A DNA stretch of 64,000 nt from Bulleidia sp. GTDB taxonomy: Bacteria; Bacillota_I; Bacilli_A; Erysipelotrichales; Erysipelotrichaceae. Of this stretch, positions 10,286 to 19,509 are shown in pieces (within the stretch, counting starts at the first letter, position 1; each line of letters starts with the position of its first letter). The notes beneath the pieces are model-generated. The model was not told where the DNA came from. It worked only from the letters and a program-made list of their open reading frames with translations, and made no database searches. A program made the position numbers and the translations under genes. The stretch covers positions 4,115 to 68,114 of the forward strand of contig CAVDZA010000009.1 in the NCBI GenBank assembly GCA_963613355.1, read 5' to 3'.

Positions 10286-11249
10286 TATGGTTTAAACCTT
10301 CAGAAATACTATATAGATAAGAATCTAGATCAAATGGTCTCAAATCATCTGGTTGTTCACCCAATCCTAAATATAGGACAGGAACATGTAGTTTGTGTTT
10401 GATGGCAAGAACGATACCACCCTTCGCTGTTCCATCCATTTTTGTTAGGATGATTCCAGTAAGCTTTGTACTTTGTGCGAATACTTCAGCTTGTGCTAAT
10501 CCATTCTGTCCAGTCGTAGCGTCTAATACCAACCAAGTATTATGAGGTGCTCCCTCAATTTCTCTACTCGCAACTCGATTCATCTTTTCAAGTTCTTTCA
10601 TTAAATTGACTTTATTTTGTAGACGACCTGCTGTATCACAAATCAAGATATCTGCACCTTTCTCAACAGAAAACCTACATCCATCAACGATTGCTGCGGA
10701 AGGATCTCCATTCTCTCTACCTTTAATAACAGGACAATTTAATCGTTCTCCCCACTTTACTAGTTGATCGATAGCACCTGCCCGGAAAGTATCCGCCGCA
10801 ACAAACGCAACTTTCTTTCCTTGGTTGACCCACATATTCGCAAGTTTTGCGGCTGTTGTCGTTTTACCAGAACCATTGACACCTTCTAAGAAGAAAACTG
10901 TCGTTCCATTTTCATTCCAAGTAACAGGAACGTCAGGATATTCTTCATAGATTTCTTTCATGATTTCCATTAAGAAGTTCATTGTCCAATGAAAAGTTAA
11001 AGATGGAAAATCATTACATTTTTCTTTTAACTTATCACAGATCAGATCAGCAGTTTCGATTCCTACATCACTTTCTAAAAGAATAATGGTCAATTGTTCA
11101 AGAAAATCGTCATCACAACCATGGAATTCATATTCCATTTTGCTAAGCTGATCACCAAACGTTGCGTTTGTCTTTTGAAATCCAGATAAATATTGTGCTT
11201 TATCTTCTTTTTTAGAAAAAGCTTCTTTTAACTTGTCTAAAAAACTCAT
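10278..11249 (-). CDS. ftsY: Signal recognition particle receptor
   Basis: [23 protein letters not shown] and [10 protein letters not shown] motifs. Confidence 0.95.
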   Translation of the reverse strand: MSFLDKLKEAFSKKEDKAQYLSGFQKTNATFGDQLSKMEYEFHGCDDDFLEQLTIILLESDVGIETADLICDKLKEKCNDFPSLTFHWTMNFLMEIMKEIYEEYPDVPVTWNENGTTVFFLEGVNGSGKTTTAAKLANMWVNQGKKVAFVAADTFRAGAIDQLVKWGERLNCPVIKGRENGDPSAAIVDGCRFSVEKGADILICDTAGRLQNKVNLMKELEKMNRVASREIEGAPHNTWLVLDATTGQNGLAQAEVFAQSTKLTGIILTKMDGTAKGGIVLAIKHKLHVPVLYLGLGEQPDDLRPFDLDSYLYSISEGLNHNG

Positions 11250-14185
11250 GCTTGTTCACCTGGATCAGCTAAATTGACAGCTTCCTTTAATTCAACCTTT
11301 AACATCTGAGAGACACCTTGTTTCTGCATCGTTACACCATACAATACATCCGCTTTTTCCATTGTACCAACACGGTGTGTAACAACTAAGAACTGTGTTC
11401 TATCTGTATAGTTATGTAAGAAAGACGCAAATCTTTCTACATTACCTGGGTCTAACGCAGCTTCTACTTCATCTAAGATAACCAGTGGAACAGGTTTGAC
11501 TTTTAAGATTGCGAATAATACACATAAGGCAATCAAGCTCTTTTCACCACCAGAGAATAACATATTATTTTGTACTGCTTTTCCTGGAGGTTGTGCGTCA
11601 ATATCAATACCTGTATTTAGTAAGTCGCTAGGATCAAGTAAAATCAATCTCGCTTTACCACCACCATATAAACTTCTAAAGATATCATTGAAAGCTTCAT
11701 TGATCGAATCAAACATTTCTTTGAATTGTTTCTTCATAATTGAATCCATCTCATCAATAGCGGACAAGATCTTATCTCTACTTAAAGTCAATTCTTCAAT
11801 GTTTTTCTTTAACGTTTCATATCTTTCATTTACTTCAGAATATTCTTCTGGAGCGTTCATATTGATATTACCTAAATGTTCAATCTCACTTCTTAATTTC
11901 GCTACTTCTTCTTTTGCGTTTTCAACGATTTCATTAGAGATCTTTGATTTCGCAAAGTCATAAGTCATTTGATATTCAGAAGCTAATCGTTGTAGATGTG
12001 TTTCCATTCTTGTTTCTTGTCTACCACGATCGATCTTGATTTCATTTGCACTCGCTTCAGCATTCTTAAGTTCTTTACGCATTTGTGAAAGCTGTGCTTC
12101 CTTACGTTCAATATCAGAATTCAATGAAATGCGATTATCACGTTTTACTTTGATTTCATTTGTAATCGTATCTCTTCTTGAATATGCTTCATTCAAACGA
12201 ATAACAAGATCATCAGCGTGAGCTTGAGACGTAGTTTCATCATCAACATCTTCAGGTTGTAATAAAGATAATTCATTTTGAAGTTTTTCATACTTCGCTT
12301 TTTTAGAATCAACAACTGGTTCTAAAGCAGCTGCAGCGTATCTCTTTTCTTGAAGATTTCTTGCGGCAGATTCTCTTTGTGAATTTGCAGCTTCATATTC
12401 TTTTCTCGCAATTTGAACTCTTGCCTTTTCAGAATCTAGACGAACAGCTAAATCTTCAGCTTCTTTCTTCATCGTAACAAGGTTCGTATTATGTTTATTC
12501 TTACCACCTGTCATAGATCCGCCACGATGAATGACTTCTCCATCCAATGTTACGATCTTATATTGACGATTTGTTAAGGCAGAAAGTTGATTACCATTTT
12601 CCATCGTATCTACGATCAATACATTGTCTAATAAGTTTTCAACGACTGGATCAAATTTAGGTTCATTTTCAACAAAAGCTGAAGCAGTTCCTAAATATCC
12701 TTCTGTATTTTCACAAACGATCAAATCTTCTTTTCTAACATATCTTGGTCTACAAACATTTAATGGTAAAAATGTTGCTCGACCACTCATGTTCTTTGTC
12801 AAGAAACGAATCGCATCACGTGCTGCTTGTTCATCTTGTGTAACGATATTATTCATCGCTCCACCAAGTGCCGTAGAAATCGCCTCTTCGTATCCCTTTT
12901 CAACATGTAATACTTGTCCAATGACACCTAAGATACCATGTAGCGCATTCACGTTATCCATGATTGATTTGATACCTTGTTGATTATTGAAAGGATTACG
13001 CATCAAAGAATCTAAAACATTCTTTCTATTTTCTAAAGTACGCAAACGATTCTCAGCTTGATCTAATTGAGAAGTCTTATCTACGATCATACCAGCTGCT
13101 TGATTCAATTGTTCAGAGAACAATTGTATTTCAGCATTCAACTTATCTAAACGTTGTTTACGATCTTCAAATTCAACTTTCGCAGCTTCAACAAGTTGTC
13201 TCATTTCTTTGGCTTTCGCCTCATTATCACCAGTTTCAACGATATACTTTCTTCTCTCATCCAATTCTGTTTTACGATTTTCTAAGGCAGAAACATCATT
13301 GAAGTTTTTCATCAATTCATCTTGTAAAGTCTGAATTTCTTTATCTAATGCATTGACTTGTCTTTTGGCTTCTTGAAGTTTTGTTTCAGAGATCTGAATA
13401 TCTGTAGAATACATCGTTGTCTTTGTTTCGACATCAAATAAAGCTTGATTTAAAGATTCGATTTCTTTATTTGCTTCTTCGATTTCATTCACAAGAACAG
13501 TAATTTCAATTTCTTCTAATCTCGCTTTTTTCTCGCGATAGATCTCAGCTTTTCTAGCTTGACGCTTTAAAGGTGAAACTTGTTTTTCTAATTCATTCAA
13601 AATATCTGTTGAACGTTCGAGATTATCTTTCGTTCTTTCCAGTTTTGATAAACTTTCCAGTTTTCTTTTTTTGTATTTAGCGACACCAGCAGCTTCTTCA
13701 AAGATTCCTCTTCTCTCTACTGGCTTAGCGTCCGCAAATGATACGACAGTACCCTGAGAAATAATAGATAAAGAATCTTTTCCTAATCCTGTATCTAAAA
13801 ACAAATCAACAATATCCTTTAAACGAACATTGTTATGATCAATCAAATATTCGGCATCTCCCGAATCACGAAATAAACGACGTGTAACTTCAATTTCTTC
13901 TTTTTCTGTGTTTAAGATGTGATTACTATTATCAAAAACAAGTGTTACTTCAGCCATATTTACTTTTCTACGATCTGCACTACCAGCGAAAATGACATCA
14001 TTCATCTTTTCACCACGCATGCTTTTGGCACTTTGTTCACCAAGCACCCATCGTACAGCATCTGTGATATTTGACTTACCACAGCCATTAGGGCCTACGA
14101 TACCTGTAATTGGACTATCAAATGAGATGATTGTTTTATCGGCAAAGCTTTTAAATCCTTGCATTTCAATTCTTTTTAAAAACAT
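11246..14185 (-). CDS. smc: Chromosome segregation protein Smc (short-arm, 979 aa)
   Basis: GFKSF, Walker A GPNGCGKSN, hinge GRATFLPL/GGSMTGG, signature FSGGEKS, Walker B LDEVEAALD. Start at ATG 14185 after AAGGAG. Confidence 0.95.
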   Translation of the reverse strand: MFLKRIEMQGFKSFADKTIISFDSPITGIVGPNGCGKSNITDAVRWVLGEQSAKSMRGEKMNDVIFAGSADRRKVNMAEVTLVFDNSNHILNTEKEEIEVTRRLFRDSGDAEYLIDHNNVRLKDIVDLFLDTGLGKDSLSIISQGTVVSFADAKPVERRGIFEEAAGVAKYKKRKLESLSKLERTKDNLERSTDILNELEKQVSPLKRQARKAEIYREKKARLEEIEITVLVNEIEEANKEIESLNQALFDVETKTTMYSTDIQISETKLQEAKRQVNALDKEIQTLQDELMKNFNDVSALENRKTELDERRKYIVETGDNEAKAKEMRQLVEAAKVEFEDRKQRLDKLNAEIQLFSEQLNQAAGMIVDKTSQLDQAENRLRTLENRKNVLDSLMRNPFNNQQGIKSIMDNVNALHGILGVIGQVLHVEKGYEEAISTALGGAMNNIVTQDEQAARDAIRFLTKNMSGRATFLPLNVCRPRYVRKEDLIVCENTEGYLGTASAFVENEPKFDPVVENLLDNVLIVDTMENGNQLSALTNRQYKIVTLDGEVIHRGGSMTGGKNKHNTNLVTMKKEAEDLAVRLDSEKARVQIARKEYEAANSQRESAARNLQEKRYAAAALEPVVDSKKAKYEKLQNELSLLQPEDVDDETTSQAHADDLVIRLNEAYSRRDTITNEIKVKRDNRISLNSDIERKEAQLSQMRKELKNAEASANEIKIDRGRQETRMETHLQRLASEYQMTYDFAKSKISNEIVENAKEEVAKLRSEIEHLGNINMNAPEEYSEVNERYETLKKNIEELTLSRDKILSAIDEMDSIMKKQFKEMFDSINEAFNDIFRSLYGGGKARLILLDPSDLLNTGIDIDAQPPGKAVQNNMLFSGGEKSLIALCVLFAILKVKPVPLVILDEVEAALDPGNVERFASFLHNYTDRTQFLVVTHRVGTMEKADVLYGVTMQKQGVSQMLKVELKEAVNLADPGEQA

Positions 14186-14240
14186 GAAACTCTCCTTTAA
14201 TCCACACAAAATTATACCAAAAAATAGGCATCAAATAAAT

Positions 14241-14262
14241 AAAAAGCGGACTTTTCCGCTTT
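14241..14262 (-). terminator. Intrinsic terminator after mscL
   Basis: AAAGCGGA-cttt-TCCGCTTT, with a U-tract on the minus strand. Confidence 0.7.
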
Positions 14263-14271
14263 GTGAAAAAA

Positions 14272-14664
14272 TTACTTTTTTTCTTCGAGTAAAGATACGA
14301 TCTTTTCTAAGGCAACTAACTCATCACTTTTCTTAGGCTCTTCCACATTTGTTTCTTCTTCATGATGGAATAAATGATTGATTTCATTCAATGTTTTTAC
14401 GATCATGAATAACACAAATGCCATGATAACAAAGTTAATGACAGCTGTAATAAACTTACCATAAGCTAGATTAGCACCATTGATATTTACTGATAAAGAA
14501 TCAAAGTTCATACCAGCGAACGTACCAAGTAAAGGTGAAATGATATCCGAAACTAAGGATGAGACGATATTTTGGAATGCAGCACCTATAATAACACCTA
14601 CTGCCATATCCATTACATTGCCTTTTAACGCAAATTCTTTAAATTCTTCTAAAAACTTCTTCAT
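14272..14664 (-). CDS. mscL: Large-conductance mechanosensitive channel
   Basis: EFKEFALKGNVMDMAVGVIIGAAF...YGKFITAVINF. Confidence 0.96.
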   Translation of the reverse strand: MKKFLEEFKEFALKGNVMDMAVGVIIGAAFQNIVSSLVSDIISPLLGTFAGMNFDSLSVNINGANLAYGKFITAVINFVIMAFVLFMIVKTLNEINHLFHHEEETNVEEPKKSDELVALEKIVSLLEEKK

Positions 14665-16801
14665 AACATTCCTCCAAAATTTGTTTTTCTATTTTATCAT
14701 GAAAGATCAAATAAGACCCATAACAATAAGGATTCTTTGAAACATAAACATCCGGTTCTAAGATCTCGGTAATGTTATCCTTATGAGAAACAGAATAAAC
14801 ATTTTGATTTAGATCTTTTATCTTATCAATTGGTTTACGAATAAATCTATCTTTGATAAACATCGCAACACGTTTTCCATATACAAGACGATATGTCTTT
14901 GGAATAAAGCCATAACGTTTTTCAAACGCATCTAAACTACTTTTGATTTGTTCATTATCCATTTCACTTGAGAATATAACACCTGATGCCCCTTTTGATA
15001 AAACATAAGCTAACGCATAAGAATTAGCTAGGTTCATAGTCATACCCGCAATACAGTTATTTAATGTATTGTTTAGATCACATACGCTAGATAAGATCGT
15101 TTCATTGAGTTCTAATGACTTTTCATTATTCTCATTAATGACAGGTAATACTGTTAAATCATTATGATCATAACCATGAATTTCTTTTAGCTCTTCATGT
15201 TTATCATCACTTTCATAAATGATCTTTGAAAGTGTACAATCAGGTTCCTTCATAGAAAATACATAATCTTTTTTACCTTGATTGACACGATATCTAGAAC
15301 GTGCTTGATCAAGTAGTTCTAAGGCTTGTCTTCTTGTTTCATTCATCATAGAAACAGGCAAGAATACATTTTCTCTTTCTCCTTGGATATCAACGACTTC
15401 ATATGGATATTCACCAGTCTTCTTTAATGATTTAAAAATAGACTTTTCATCTGTTGGTGCATTTTTTGCCAATTCAACGATCTGTTCAGAAACTTGTGTG
15501 ATTGAATTTCCATTTTCATCAGAGGCAGTAACCACAAAAGGATTACCAACCTTAGCTTCATATGTCATATGAATTGGAATTCTTTTAGGATCATGAAGGA
15601 TCTGATCATCGATCCATTCGATCAATTTAGAATCTGTTGTACGATGTAAAGATTGTCCCTTCTTAGGCATAGGATCATCAGGACAAGAGATCCAAACGAC
15701 TTCACCCGCAACTGCGTGATTAACCAACATATCGTTTTTATAGATCTTATTAGCTGTTAAACCAGTATCATGTGGTTGATTAATGATACGCAAACCATCA
15801 TGTTGGTTTAATTCTTTAGATAATTTGACTTGTACTCTACCATTTCTATAACTTAAGACTTTACCAATTTCAATTCCTTGGTGATTAGGACGATATTGAC
15901 TCATTCTTTCTTCTACTGGTGTATGAAAGATATGGCCATCTGAAAATCCTCTATAAAACATAGATTCTAATTGAATCATTCTTTCTTTTGAAATCTTATA
16001 TGGTCGATGCTCATAATATGCATCGATTGCTTCTCTAAAAGTACGTGTAACTAACCATACATATTCGCTTCTCTTCATTCTTCCTTCGATTTTCAAAGAA
16101 GCTACACCTGCGTCTAATAATTCTGGTAAACGATCAATGATATTAAGGTCTTTAGGAGAAAGAATATAATCTCCTTCATCAAAATGACTACCATCTTCTT
16201 TGAAGTATTTTAATCGACAACACTGTGCACACATACCACGATTAGCACTACGGTTCTTTGTTGCCGCTGACATCATACACTCTCCACTATATGAGATACA
16301 AATTGCGCCATATGAGAATACTTCGATCTCTACGCCTGTCTTACAAGCTTCTCGAATGACTTCAATTGGTGTTTCTCTAGCTAAAACGACTCTTTCTACA
16401 CCTTCATTCTTCATCAGTTCAACACCTTTGATATTATGAATATGCATTTGTGTTGAACAATGTACAGGCATATCTGGATAACATGTTCTTACATAATGAA
16501 ATAATCCAAGGTCTTGGATCAATATCGCATCACAATCATTTTCATATAAGAAATCTACTTCTTTCTTTGCGTTTTCAATTTCTGTTTCAAATAACATCGT
16601 ATTGATCGTACAGTAGATCTTTACATTTCTTGTATGACAATAATGGATAGCTTCAATAAATTCTTCATGCGAAAAATTTCCCGCAAACGCTCTTGCCGAA
16701 AATGATTTTAATCCAAGATATACCGCATCACATCCCGCATTTACTGCAGCTTTTAAAGCTTCCATATTTCCAGCAGGTGCTAATAATTCAACTTTCTTCA
16801 T
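14639..16801 (-). CDS. Peptidase U32-family Fe-S protein with a long C-terminal (DUF3656-like) region; probable RlhA-type rRNA hydroxylase
   Basis: ELLAPAG, GAICISYSGEC, RSANRGMCAQCCR, LSPKDL and LKIEGRMK motifs; the 720-aa length fits the RlhA-like subfamily. Confidence 0.8.
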   Translation of the reverse strand: MKKVELLAPAGNMEALKAAVNAGCDAVYLGLKSFSARAFAGNFSHEEFIEAIHYCHTRNVKIYCTINTMLFETEIENAKKEVDFLYENDCDAILIQDLGLFHYVRTCYPDMPVHCSTQMHIHNIKGVELMKNEGVERVVLARETPIEVIREACKTGVEIEVFSYGAICISYSGECMMSAATKNRSANRGMCAQCCRLKYFKEDGSHFDEGDYILSPKDLNIIDRLPELLDAGVASLKIEGRMKRSEYVWLVTRTFREAIDAYYEHRPYKISKERMIQLESMFYRGFSDGHIFHTPVEERMSQYRPNHQGIEIGKVLSYRNGRVQVKLSKELNQHDGLRIINQPHDTGLTANKIYKNDMLVNHAVAGEVVWISCPDDPMPKKGQSLHRTTDSKLIEWIDDQILHDPKRIPIHMTYEAKVGNPFVVTASDENGNSITQVSEQIVELAKNAPTDEKSIFKSLKKTGEYPYEVVDIQGERENVFLPVSMMNETRRQALELLDQARSRYRVNQGKKDYVFSMKEPDCTLSKIIYESDDKHEELKEIHGYDHNDLTVLPVINENNEKSLELNETILSSVCDLNNTLNNCIAGMTMNLANSYALAYVLSKGASGVIFSSEMDNEQIKSSLDAFEKRYGFIPKTYRLVYGKRVAMFIKDRFIRKPIDKIKDLNQNVYSVSHKDNITEILEPDVYVSKNPYCYGSYLIFHDKIEKQILEECYEEVFRRI

Positions 16802-17279
16802 TTAAAGTCTCCAAAATGATTTTATATTTATCTACTAGTTCATCTAAACGCATCTTCGCATTAGCAGAACTTGTAGATGGTAAACCGATATGTTTAATAT
16901 CACATGTAATGTATCTTTCAAACAATTGTTGTGCTTTTTGACCTGTCAAAAAGATTCTTTGAATATGTGTCTGTTTCAACAATGAAGAAATATCATTTAC
17001 TTTTACATTTGTGATAGAGGAATCACTACTTCCACTAATCTGACAAGAATGAACGACATCCCATAATGCGATATGATGTAAATGACAAAATTCAACTTTA
17101 TCTTTGATTTCTTCTTGAAATAAAACAGACATTACTTTCCAAAATCGATTATTTTGATTTGCGTAATAGAAATTCTTTTCACGTGAAATAACAGATGGAA
17201 AAGAACCAAGTATCAAAACTTTACTATTCACATCATATACAGGTGGAAAAGGATGAACGACTTGAGTTACTTTTCCCAT
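16788..17279 (-). CDS. UDG-superfamily hypoxanthine (deoxyinosine) DNA glycosylase
   Basis: LILGSFPSVIS, YYANQNNRFW, IALWDV, SSDSSI and LPSTSSANA motifs. Confidence 0.85.
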   Translation of the reverse strand: MGKVTQVVHPFPPVYDVNSKVLILGSFPSVISREKNFYYANQNNRFWKVMSVLFQEEIKDKVEFCHLHHIALWDVVHSCQISGSSDSSITNVKVNDISSLLKQTHIQRIFLTGQKAQQLFERYITCDIKHIGLPSTSSANAKMRLDELVDKYKIILETLNEES

Positions 17280-18463
17280 TCTTTCGCTAATCCACCTTCC
17301 GCTGTTTCTTTTAAAGAAATTGGTAATAAAGATCCTGTGTCTTTCATTGTCTCTACTACCATATCAAATGAAACCAAGTGCTTTCTAAAACGGGATAAGT
17401 ATTTTGATAGATTTGCGGAATCTACCGCTCTTCTTACACCTACCGCATTTCTTTCAATACAAGGAATCATTACATAACCCATGACTGGATCACACGTTAG
17501 ACCTAGATTATGTTCCATACCAATTTCAGCCGCATATTCGATTTGTTCCCTATTTAATCCTTTTAAATATGCACAAGCTGCAGCTGTCATAGAAACTGCA
17601 GTACCTACTTCCGCTTGGCATCCACCTACTGCACCAGAAATCGTCGCATTTGTTTTAACGACATTTCCAATGATGCCCGCAATGATCAATGCGTTTATGC
17701 ACTTTTCTCTTGTGATTTCACAATCATTGTACGCATAGTACATAAATGCCGCTAGTACGCCACAAGCTCCTAATGTTGGTGCAGTTACACATGTATGTCC
17801 TGCCGCATTTTCTTCACTCGCAGCTAATGCATAAGACATCAAACGAATATCTCTTTGATCAGACATGTTCGCTTTTAGACCTTGTTTATATAGGTCATGT
17901 GCAGAACGAGTCATATGTAACTTACCAGGTAGTTCCCCTTCCGTAATCAATCCACGAGAAACACAATTACACATTTCATCTAAGATCTCACTTAAATATT
18001 CTTTAATACCTGGTTCATGTCTTTCAACATACGCAACCAATGTTTCTTCATTTTCTCTTGTGACACGGTAGATATCCTGTAGATTTTTTTCAGAATATAC
18101 TTCATCATTGTAATCAACAGGATATTCTTTGATTTGAATGCTACCTCCACCAATGGAAAAGATGGTCCATTTTATACATTCATTTCCATTTTCATCTATC
18201 CCATATAAATAAAATCCATTCGGAAATTCTTCATCCCAATCTAGTTTAAAGATAACTTCACATTTTGCACCAAGTGTTTCTTTAATGATGGAATCTGTAT
18301 GATGTCCTTTCCCCGTCAAAGAAAGAGAACCATACAATTCAACACGATAAGAATCATAACTTCCATTAACATCCAAAAATAATTTACAAGCTCTTTCTGG
18401 TGCTAATGTATGAGAGGAAGATGGACCTCTACCAATTTTATAAAGTTCTTTGATACCTTGCAT
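17267..18463 (-). CDS. sdaA: Fe-S L-serine ammonia-lyase (single chain)
   Basis: GRGPSSSHT, YGSLSLTGKGH, EENAAG, GCQAEVG, EHNLGLTCDPV and PCIERN motifs. Start at ATG 18463 after GAGG. Confidence 0.92.
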   Translation of the reverse strand: MQGIKELYKIGRGPSSSHTLAPERACKLFLDVNGSYDSYRVELYGSLSLTGKGHHTDSIIKETLGAKCEVIFKLDWDEEFPNGFYLYGIDENGNECIKWTIFSIGGGSIQIKEYPVDYNDEVYSEKNLQDIYRVTRENEETLVAYVERHEPGIKEYLSEILDEMCNCVSRGLITEGELPGKLHMTRSAHDLYKQGLKANMSDQRDIRLMSYALAASEENAAGHTCVTAPTLGACGVLAAFMYYAYNDCEITREKCINALIIAGIIGNVVKTNATISGAVGGCQAEVGTAVSMTAAACAYLKGLNREQIEYAAEIGMEHNLGLTCDPVMGYVMIPCIERNAVGVRRAVDSANLSKYLSRFRKHLVSFDMVVETMKDTGSLLPISLKETAEGGLAKEWEK

Positions 18464-19502
18464 GATTCCTCTCTCCATTCTTTATTAAAAATCTCTCAAA
18501 ACTATTTTTAGGATCTAATATACCTTGTTTTACACCTTGATCGATTTCTGATAATTCATATAAATATGTTAATACTTTCTTAGCATTCAAAGTAGAAGAA
18601 TCTTTCAGAACATAATAGATATATCCACTCTTCATATGCATTCGTGTACCTATTTCATCATTTGAATAACCATTTTCATGTAGTAAACGAACGTTATAGA
18701 TCGTTCTCAATCTCTTCGATAACATCGCAATCATCGTCGTATAGTCATAATTTGCTAATAACATTTCATCTACCGCTTGCATACATCCTTCTAGATTACC
18801 AACAGTAAAAGATGATGTTAAATGGAAAATATTAACTTCTGAATTCAATGATACTAAATGTTTAATATCTTCAAGATCAAGATTACTTTCTCCATACATG
18901 ACTAACTTATCTAATGCGGAATGAAATAATGTCGTGTCATTATTTACTCTTTCAAGTAATTCATTCAAGGCTGTCTTAGTTAATTGAAGGTCATGTTTCT
19001 TTAAAGATCTATCAACATATTTATGAAATTCATTCTCATCCATCTTTTTAAAAGAAACAACTTCCGCATGATATAGATCTAATAACTTGTAATCTTTCTT
19101 TCTAGAATCTGCTTGATATCCATAACACGCAAAAATCAATAATGTACTTGGATTCTCATTTTGAAAATATTGTTCTAAACGTTCTAACCTTGTATCTCGT
19201 TTCTTTGCCTCATTTTCTTTTCTCTTCTTTACAGCTGGAGAATCCGTTTTTAATACTTTCTCAGCTTCTTTACTAGAAGACGATAAAAAGAAAGGATTCT
19301 TTACAATGACTGCTTTACGATCTTCATCAAACAAAGAAAAAGAATCACATTCAACGAGTACTGATTCAATATTAAAAGAACGTTTATCAGACGCATCAAT
19401 TGAAACGATATGATCTCGATCAATATTGAATTTCTTTAATAGATTTTTAATACCTTCTTCTATACGAAATAGGTCTTCTCCACAATATACATAAATTGAC
19501 AT
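18438..19502 (-). CDS. holA: DNA polymerase III delta subunit
   Basis: YCGED, SFSLFDE, ALDKL, NIFHL and D.GVKQG motifs; directly downstream of comEC, the conserved Firmicute order. Start at 19502 (leaderless signature). Confidence 0.88.
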   Translation of the reverse strand: MSIYVYCGEDLFRIEEGIKNLLKKFNIDRDHIVSIDASDKRSFNIESVLVECDSFSLFDEDRKAVIVKNPFFLSSSSKEAEKVLKTDSPAVKKRKENEAKKRDTRLERLEQYFQNENPSTLLIFACYGYQADSRKKDYKLLDLYHAEVVSFKKMDENEFHKYVDRSLKKHDLQLTKTALNELLERVNNDTTLFHSALDKLVMYGESNLDLEDIKHLVSLNSEVNIFHLTSSFTVGNLEGCMQAVDEMLLANYDYTTMIAMLSKRLRTIYNVRLLHENGYSNDEIGTRMHMKSGYIYYVLKDSSTLNAKKVLTYLYELSEIDQGVKQGILDPKNSFERFLIKNGERNHARYQRTL

Positions 19503-19509
19503 GCATCTA

